NCBI RefSeq assembly: GCF_006345805.1 | Contig: NW_021828426.1 | Coordinates: forward strand, 1 to 8,483 | Origin: Octopus sinensis | Taxonomy: Eukaryota | Reading direction: 5' to 3' | DNA: 8,483 bases | In this document: one piece after another, positions 1-5,223 of the stretch | Position numbering within the stretch: the first letter of the stretch is position 1 | Layout of the letters: each line of letters begins with the position of its first letter | The notes under the pieces: generated by a model | The model's input: the letters and a program-made list of their open reading frames with translations, nothing else | Told to the model about the DNA's origin: nothing | Database searches by the model: none | Translations under genes and position numbers: made by a program

Positions 1-217
1 TAGTTGTTTTTCCTAACATTTAGATCGAATTAGGAAATGAAACCAAGATAGTTACTATGAACAGAGTTAAAAAGTGTTAATTTTTTTAAGTGTTAAAATG
101 TCTTTAGTTTTTTTTTTATTAATACAAAAATACATCGATATATCACCTGTCAACTGATGGTCGCAATTAATGTCAAAAATACATCACTGAAGGTCATAAC
201 CTGTCAAAATGAAGGTT

Positions 218-253
218 GGATGGTCGCCAGCGTGGGATGGTCGCCAGCGTGGG
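218..253. repeat. 17-bp tandem duplication (GGATGGTCGCCAGCGTG x2)
   Basis: Exact copies at 218-234 and 235-251, followed by GG. The GATGGTC core also occurs at 156-162 and 892-898. Confidence 0.9.
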
Positions 254-274
254 TCGCGACATATTATGTCGCGA
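254..274. repeat. Near-perfect palindrome TCGCGACATA-T-TATGTCGCGA
   Basis: 254-263 is the exact reverse complement of 265-274, with a 1-nt spacer. Confidence 0.9.
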
Positions 275-859
275 GCGCAGCGAGCAACCACTCAATTTCT
301 AGATCCGATCAATCAAAAAATCTATAAATTGACAAATACCCAGGATTGTATTTGGGATTAAATATATTCGATAACAAAAATTAAAATCGATGCCAAAGCA
401 GAATGAGCTTTAAAACCGATTTCATAAATAAAAATAATATTTTAAAATTTATAATTGATATTTTAGAATAATGAGAAAAAATCTAAATGCTTCATAATTT
501 ATAAAAATGTCAAAACAAGAATCTTCTGAAGGAGCAAGCCTGTCTGCACAGTTCATTTTTGATTAGAAGACCTAATTTTAGAGATTAAAACGAAAAAATA
601 GCAATGAGATCTGTCAAATTATTACCCCCCTCACAACCTAAACCAAATTAGCGTTCAGTATTCATTGATTTTACTTTTTCTATTAAGGTCTACTTATAAA
701 TTATTTTATGGGATTCAATGGAAAACTTAAGTTATTTCAATTTTAATTTTAAATCATGTTAAAATTTTAAATAATTTAATAAATATATTTGTTGATGATA
801 GGCTTGTTAGGTGTCAAAGTTGCGTCTAGCGCTCGGTCGCGCGCTGCGCTCGCGACATA
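265..859. mobile_element. Candidate non-autonomous DNA element (MITE-like or Helitron/Helentron-derived) bounded by an 18-bp CpG-rich inverted repeat
   Basis: TATGTCGCGAGCGCAGCG (265-282) is the exact reverse complement of CGCTGCGCTCGCGACATA (842-859). It can be read as TA|TGTCGCG...CGCGACA|TA. The interior is AT-rich with no long ORF. Family and boundaries are uncertain. Confidence 0.35.
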
Positions 860-1015
860 TTAATTTAATATTTAATACTGAATATCAGCAGGATGGTCCA
901 AATCTTAAAAAATTATTATTTAATATACTAACATTCATATCCACACTCCCCCATATGACAATAAAATTAAATTTAAATAATTAAAATATTTTTTATAAAT
1001 ATTTTTTAAATTAAA

Positions 1016-1055
1016 TGTCACAGTCCCATTCTGAAATCCGCCCATTTTGTTACCT
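1016..1055 (+). repeat. Left terminal inverted repeat of the Ginger-like element
   Basis: TGTCACAGTCCCATTCTGAAATCCGCCCATTTTGTTACCT; 5 mismatches versus the reverse complement of 2407-2446. Preceded by TSD TTAAA (1011-1015). Confidence 0.92.
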
Positions 1056-1174
1056 TGTAGCAAATATTACAAAAAAAATAAGAAAAAAATAATTTTAAGG
1101 AAAAAGTCGTTTATTTATGTATAAATTTTTATTAAAACTGATAAAATAATTTAATTTTAAAGCAGCGTGATTTA

Positions 1175-1936
1175 ATGCGTCAGGTGGCACTTTCTAGGGA
1201 AGAATTGGAAATTATCAAAGAATTCAAGTCCAATGAAGAGGATTTGAGTGTCTTCGATAACAAGAGCAAGTTTCAGCGAATGCGGCTTAAGAGAATAGCC
1301 AGATCAATTGTCTTTAAGGATGTTGTAAGACCACGGGCCCCTTGGGTACAGGGACAAATAGAAAGATGTTTTCTGCATTAATTAATTTTAGATTTAATAA
1401 GAGTGTAAAAGGTTGGATTTCCTCCACCAGTGAATCAAAAATTGTTTTGGACGTTATGTCAATATTATCAAAGATATTGTCGAGGATTATAATTACACTA
1501 TTCACTCGACGACAAGGCAGATACCTTTCTTTCTGTTTATGGGAATCAAGAATTGCAATTCAGTTAGTGAAACACATCGAAAAGAGCTTATGGGGCATAA
1601 CAGTGATGATACAGAAAAAGAGGTTTTGGAAAATGACAGTGATGACGAACTTGAGAAAAAGAGAAATGAAGCTTTCAAAAACTTTGTCTCTTGCGGTATA
1701 AAAATGAATAAAAAAGAAAATGGAAAAACGATGAGGATAGGCCATCAGAAGGCGATCTTGTACTTCTACGTACAGATAATGACACCAATCGGCCAAGATA
1801 TCCGTTATATGAAGGAATTGATTCCAGCAAACACAAGATCATCAGTGTGAAAAACAATCAGTATTTTTTAGAAGGAGAAAATGGTGAGATTGTACCAAAT
1901 GTACACATCTCAAGATTTAAAACAATTAAGAAATAA
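1175..1936 (+). pseudogene. Internally deleted and frameshifted integrase/transposase gene of the Ginger-like element
   Basis: Stitched reading: N-terminus MRQVALSREE...RMRLKRIARSIVFKD, then directly RPRAPWVQGQIER (catalytic-Glu motif, cf. xPxxxGxxER) / FNKSVKGW (after removing 1366-1391) / frameshift near the A-run 1437-1441 / NCFGRYVNIIKDIVEDYNYTIHSTTRQIPFFLFMG (YNxxxHSTTxxxPF core C-terminal motif) / frameshift near the A-run 1710-1715 / EGDLVLLR...VHISRFK (integrase C-terminal-domain-like), ending at TAA 1934-1936. The HHCC zinc finger and the two catalytic Asp motifs are missing, implying a deletion at about 1320-1325. Confidence 0.8.
1366..1391 (+). other. Putative 26-nt intron (AT...AG as written) in the integrase gene
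   Basis: Removing ATGTTTTCTGCATTAATTAATTTTAG joins GAA AG + A TTT AAT AAG = E-R-F-N-K, restoring the GQIERFN motif and bypassing a stop. It is AT-rich, ends TTTTAG, and matches the size class of the host introns. The donor is non-canonical. Confidence 0.55.
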
Positions 1937-1979
1937 CTTATTTAACTATAAAAATTTATTCAAAATTAAAATTTTCATT

Positions 1980-2013
1980 AACTTTTTAAGTATTAAAACT
2001 TTTTAAGTATTAA
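1980..2013. repeat. 17-bp tandem duplication (AACTTTTTAAGTATTAA x2)
   Basis: Exact copies at 1980-1996 and 1997-2013. Confidence 0.9.
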
Positions 2014-2087
2014 GGATTAGGGTTTAGATTAGGATTAGGGTTTAGATTAGGATTAGGGTTTAGATTAGGATTAGGGTTTAGATTAGG
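2013..2087 (+). repeat. 18-bp minisatellite (AGGATTAGGGTTTAGATT x4 + AGG), each unit containing TTAGGG
   Basis: Four identical units start at 2013, 2031, 2049 and 2067, inside the transposon downstream of the integrase stop. Confidence 0.95.
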
Positions 2088-2406
2088 TTTGGAGATAAAA
2101 GTCAGTTTAGAATGGAAACTAAGTTCTGGGCTGGGCGTCAGGTATACGTTGGAATTAGAGTTAGGGGTTGTTTTAATTATTTTCTATTTATTAAAATACA
2201 CATTTTATAAGCACTAATTATAATTAAAAGCCTTTATATATAATAAATTGTTACGTTGCTACTACGTTATTTATAGTTGTCTGGTGCGGTTGGTTTTGTT
2301 ACCTAACAGATTTTCGAAAAATATCAAAAAATGAAACCACTCATCAAATAATAAATAAAGTATGATTGCTGGGCCCTAATAATACAGATTAATCGATAAA
2401 ATCGAT

Positions 2407-2446
2407 AGGTAACAAAATGGGCGGGTTTTATAAACGGACTGTGACA
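2407..2446 (-). repeat. Right terminal inverted repeat of the Ginger-like element
   Basis: AGGTAACAAAATGGGCGGGTTTTATAAACGGACTGTGACA, followed by TSD TTAAA (2447-2451). Confidence 0.92.
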
Positions 2447-2484
2447 TTAAATTTTGTGAGTCAATTATTTATTCGCAATAATAA

Positions 2485-3757
2485 CACAGGAAGAGGTTGA
2501 AAGGGCAATTGCTGGGTTGAAGAACAAGGCGCCTGGCTTTGACTACATCCCTCCGAAGTTGTTAAAGAAGGCCCCTGAAATCTTGATACGAGCATTGACT
2601 ATGTTGTTTCACGCCAGCTGGACGTTCGGACACCTTCCATCGGCGTGGAAGCATACGATTGTTCGAATGATTCCAAAATCTGGTAAATCGACACTGCTGG
2701 CACAGAACTACCGGCCAATTAGCCTCATTTGTGCTTTCTCTAAGACAATGGAAAAGATTGTCTTTAACAGACTCTCTGGTCATATAGAATCACAAAATTG
2801 CTTTTACCTGAACAATGGGGATTTCGTGGAGGAAGATCCACAGGGGACTGCCTCAGGGAGTTAGAGCACCAATTATCCCGTGCTGACAGAAATGAAGCAT
2901 GGCTAACTGTGGTGTGTCTGGATCTGGCCAAAGCCTTCGATAGCGTGTGGCACCTGGGCCTACTCTCCAGAATCCATGACATCGGAGCCGGGATAAAGAC
3001 CTATCGATGGCTGGAGAGCTTCTTGTCAGGAAGACAATCATTTGTCCGCTGTGGAAACCGCCTATCGGGGTGTGTGGAACTTAGAAGGGGAGTCCCGCAG
3101 GGATCTATCTTGAGTCCACTTCTGTTCAACCTCTTCTTGGCGGACATTCCTCTGCCGTCGACACGTACTGGCAAGCTCGTTATCTATGCTGACGATATCC
3201 TGGTCATGGATACCTCGAAAAGGATATCGCAGTCTTGGAGACGACTGAAATCATACATTGCAACGCTAAAGATGTGGACTATAGAGAAGGGTTTGACCCT
3301 AGCACCGGAGAAGAGCACCATTTCATGGTTGCGGAGAGGGAGTCGCTATGCGGAGTCTTGTGCATATGCGATGAGTAGCTATGTGATGGATCTCTCGAAA
3401 AGAAAAAATCTTTCTTACCTGGGAGCAACCATTAACTGTCGTGGCTCGTACGTAGAGCATATAGCAAATCAGAGAAAGAGGAGTGTGAGGATCCTCAAAA
3501 GCTTAACCAGGTTCCATCTGGATCCGGAAACGTACATCTACGTATACAAAACGTGTGTGCAGCCAGTCCTCACATATGGCTACGAGGGCTGGTACGGTAC
3601 GGAGGAGAGTGACTACCTGATCGAACAGTTGGAAAAGACAAGACGTTTCGCTATGAAATTGGCTTACGGAGTACAACTTGACGGAAGGCTAAAAGACTCA
3701 CAAGAATCCTCTGTGCCCACGATCCGGATGGTCTTGGAGAATTGTCGTCAAACATGA
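2485..3757 (+). pseudogene. Reverse transcriptase domain of LINE-A (5'-truncated, one frameshift)
   Basis: Motifs KAPGFD, IPKSGK, YRPISL, Q(W)GFR, DLAKAFDSVWH, GVPQGSILSPLLF, YADD, YLG. ORFs 2517-2864 and 2798-3757 are joined by one missing base at the A4 run 2794-2797. Stop TGA at 3755-3757. No endonuclease in this copy. Confidence 0.92.
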
Positions 3758-3892
3758 CTAGTATTGGGGATACGCATGGAAAGAGACACTTCGGTGCCTT
3801 GTTTTTATCTCCCCGCCGATGTTTTTCTTCCTTGTTTTTCTTTTTCTTTTCGCTCAATAAACACTATTCTATTCTATATATATTCTATTCTA
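2485..3892 (+). mobile_element. 5'-truncated non-LTR retrotransposon (LINE-A; APE-type lineage, Jockey/CR1/I-like RT) with microsatellite tail
   Basis: Perfect 15-bp TSD TATTCGCAATAATAA at 2470-2484 and 3893-3907. Coding begins mid-protein at TQEEVERAIAGLKNKAPGFD. Pyrimidine-rich 3' UTR, AATAAA at 3856-3861, imperfect (TATTC)n tail at about 3865-3892. Confidence 0.93.
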
Positions 3893-4034
3893 TATTCGCA
3901 ATAATAAGATTTTTGTGTTGATTTAGTTATAATCGTTTTCACTAAAAAATTTCATTTAAAATTATTTTTTATAATACAAAAATTTTAATTTATTATTTTT
4001 AATTAATAAATAATAAAATTTATAATAAATTATT

Positions 4035-4889
4035 TTAAAATAAATTAAATTTATTTTCTTGTTGTAGCATTCTAATATTCTCCAACTCTGAATAATTCTT
4101 TTTCAATTTATTCTTCATTTCCATTATCTATAATGAATTAAATGTTTAATACAATATTTAAATCTTTCTTTGCCTCATTCAATGATTCATACACGTTAGA
4201 ATGCCTTTTATTTATTATTTTGTTATTAAATTCACGAAGTTCCTCTGTAATCTGTTCCACATCTTCAGCCCTAAAAAATGATAAAAATTTTCCCGCCTTT
4301 TTCTTTCTTTTTCCATCAAATCAAAAGCCGAAAAATTTTTCTTAGCCACTATCTGGTCTAAGTGACTGTTCTTGGCCTAAAAGTATTTTTTTACCAATTT
4401 TTATTGGAATTTGGGTATTTTGGTGGATTTCGTTTTTTAAATGTTTCAAAAAACTGTCTAAACCTGAAGAATATATTTTTTTAAAATCTGAGTCCAGTGG
4501 GTTTGATCTAAGACTTAAATTTTTTAAATTCGGTAAAAATCCTGTCTGTTTTTTGATGTAACAAAAACCGTATGAGTTGGGAATTGAAGTCAGGACGTTT
4601 CGGTCGAGAAGAAGTGTGTTGAGGTCACACTCTTTTGGCGATTGGACCAAAGGTAGTTGAGATATTTGATTGGCGCGAAGATCAATCCAAAGAGCTTTTT
4701 GGAGGGAATCGAAAAATGAATTTGGTAATATTTTTAGATTGTTTTTTGATAGATTTAAGAACTTAATTATTTTAAAATAATTACTTTTATGTTTTTTATA
4801 TTTAGGAGTTCTTTTGGAATTTCTTTTAGTTTGGAATTAGATAAATTGACTCTATTTTCATTATATAGGTCATATGCTTTAGATATCAT
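4035..4889 (-). CDS. Leucine-rich-repeat plus coiled-coil protein, LRRC27-like (spliced; about 5 micro-introns)
   Basis: Model: ATG at 4889; introns 4762-4784, 4542-4568, ~4377-4394/4395, 4271-4296 and 4128-4152; stop TAA at 4035-4037. Product MISKAYDLYNENRVNLSNSKLKEIPKELLNIKNIK|FLNLSKNNLKILPNSFFDSLQKALWIDLRANQISQLP...LNTLLLDRNVLTSIPNSYG|FLPNLKNLSLRSNPL...SGLDSFLKHLK, then a charged coiled-coil-like tail ending ...MLQQENKFNLF. The repeat order and motifs (FF..L..L.W(L/I)DLR.N, LLL(E/D)RN, GL...L..L) recall LRRC27 from memory only; no symbol assigned. The 3' half of the model is less certain than the LRR half. Confidence 0.72.
4128..4152 (-). other. 25-nt GT-AG micro-intron
   Basis: GTATTAAACATTTAATTCATTATAG. 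Removal skips an in-frame TAA and opens the final exon IMEMKNKLKKNYSELENIRMLQQENKFNLF*. Confidence 0.75.
4271..4296 (-). other. Putative 26-nt GC-AG micro-intron
   Basis: AAAG|GCGGGAAAATTTTTATCATTTTTTAG|G. Removal gives DLMEKERKR-AEDVEQITEELREF, a continuous coiled-coil-like sequence. Confidence 0.55.
4377..4394 (-). other. Probable micro-intron with ambiguous boundaries
   Basis: GTAAAAAAATACTTTTAG (18 nt, GT-AG) looks intronic but leaves the frame heading to a stop at 4342-4344. The downstream open frame is reached by a 19-nt GG-AG version (4377-4395), a 37-nt GT-AG version (4358-4394), or the 18-nt intron plus a 1-nt indel in the T5 run 4398-4402. Confidence 0.45.
4542..4568 (-). other. 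27-nt in-frame GT-AG micro-intron
   Basis: GTTTTTGTTACATCAAAAAACAGACAG. Removal deletes 9 residues and restores normal LRR spacing (LTSIPNSYGFLPNLKNLSLRSNPL). It contains no stop, so retention cannot be excluded. Confidence 0.7.
4762..4784 (-). other. 23-nt GT-AG micro-intron
   Basis: GTAATTATTTTAAAATAATTAAG. Removal joins two LRR-coding frames (LLNIKNIK|FLNLSKNNL) and skips a TAA. Confidence 0.85.
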
Positions 4890-5184
4890 CACAAGATTGG
4901 TAACTTGGTAATATTTTATTTATTTAATTAAAATTTATTAAAATATAATATTTTATTAATATAATAGAATTAAAATTAATATAGTTTCTATTTTTTGTAT
5001 CAAAAATGTATAATAAAAAACTAGTATTAATATACAGAATTCAGAATTCTTATTTCTCAATTAAACCATTAATATAAATCTAAATATTTATAATTATTTA
5101 TAAATATATATTATATTTTTATAAATAATAAATAAAGAATTTATTGACTAATACGTAGCACCTTGTTGTGCATGTCAGGTCAGG

Positions 5185-5223
5185 TTGATTCGGTGTGGAG
5201 ATGTGGAACAAAACCCTGGACCT
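5185..5223 (+). other. 2A-like ribosomal skipping (stop-go) peptide LIRCGDVEQNPG/P
   Basis: Exact match to the D(V/I)ExNPG-P consensus (GAT GTG GAA CAA AAC CCT GGA CCT, 5200-5223), in frame with and immediately upstream of the APE domain. Confidence 0.88.

Larger units (their letters stand above)
1016..2446 (+). mobile_element. Ginger/TDD-like cut-and-paste DNA transposon with retroviral-type (DDE) integrase; non-autonomous internal-deletion derivative
   Basis: 40-bp TIRs (35/40 identical) with TGT...ACA termini, an identical TTAAA on both flanks (1011-1015, 2447-2451), and internal integrase remnants. No LTRs, gag or RT. TG..CA TIRs plus a short TSD plus a Gypsy-like integrase is the defining architecture of Ginger elements. 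Confidence 0.85.

Noticed and set aside
507-760. Small spliced gene (ATG at 507, MSKQESSEGASLSAQ..., intron-like 658-687)
   Set aside because: No combination of short GT-AG introns that I tried gave a continuous frame, and there is no recognisable domain.
1368-1391. Canonical 24-nt GT-AG intron as an alternative in the integrase gene
   Set aside because: Removing it gives ERYLIRV* (a stop) and does not restore the ERFN motif or the downstream frame.
2013-2087. True telomere or CRISPR array
   Set aside because: The units are identical 18-mers without spacers, internal to a transposon in eukaryotic DNA, and are not a pure TTAGGG run.
1016-2446. LTR retrotransposon or solo LTR (TG...CA ends, 5-bp TSD, integrase)
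   Set aside because: The ends are 40-bp inverted repeats enclosing the integrase itself. There are no direct LTRs, PBS/PPT, gag or RT.
4035-4345. Alternative genetic code (TAA/TAG as Gln or Glu, TGA as Trp) allowing read-through of the LRR frame
   Set aside because: All Gln codons in the LRR exons and in the long LINE ORFs are CAA/CAG with no in-frame TAR. The stops are explained more simply by micro-introns with proper AG acceptors, and the integrase and LRR gene both end at a TAA.
4342-4400. KKILLGQEQS after the LRRs as the start of a Roc/Ras P-loop (Roco protein)
   Set aside because: No GxxxxGK(S/T) motif follows, and the KKILL residues fall in an intron-like segment (4377-4394).
5140-5200. 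HDV-like ribozyme or internal promoter at the 5' end of LINE-B (as in L1Tc)
   Set aside because: Only about 35 nt of non-AT-rich sequence precede the 2A codons, and I could not fit the nested double-pseudoknot pairing.
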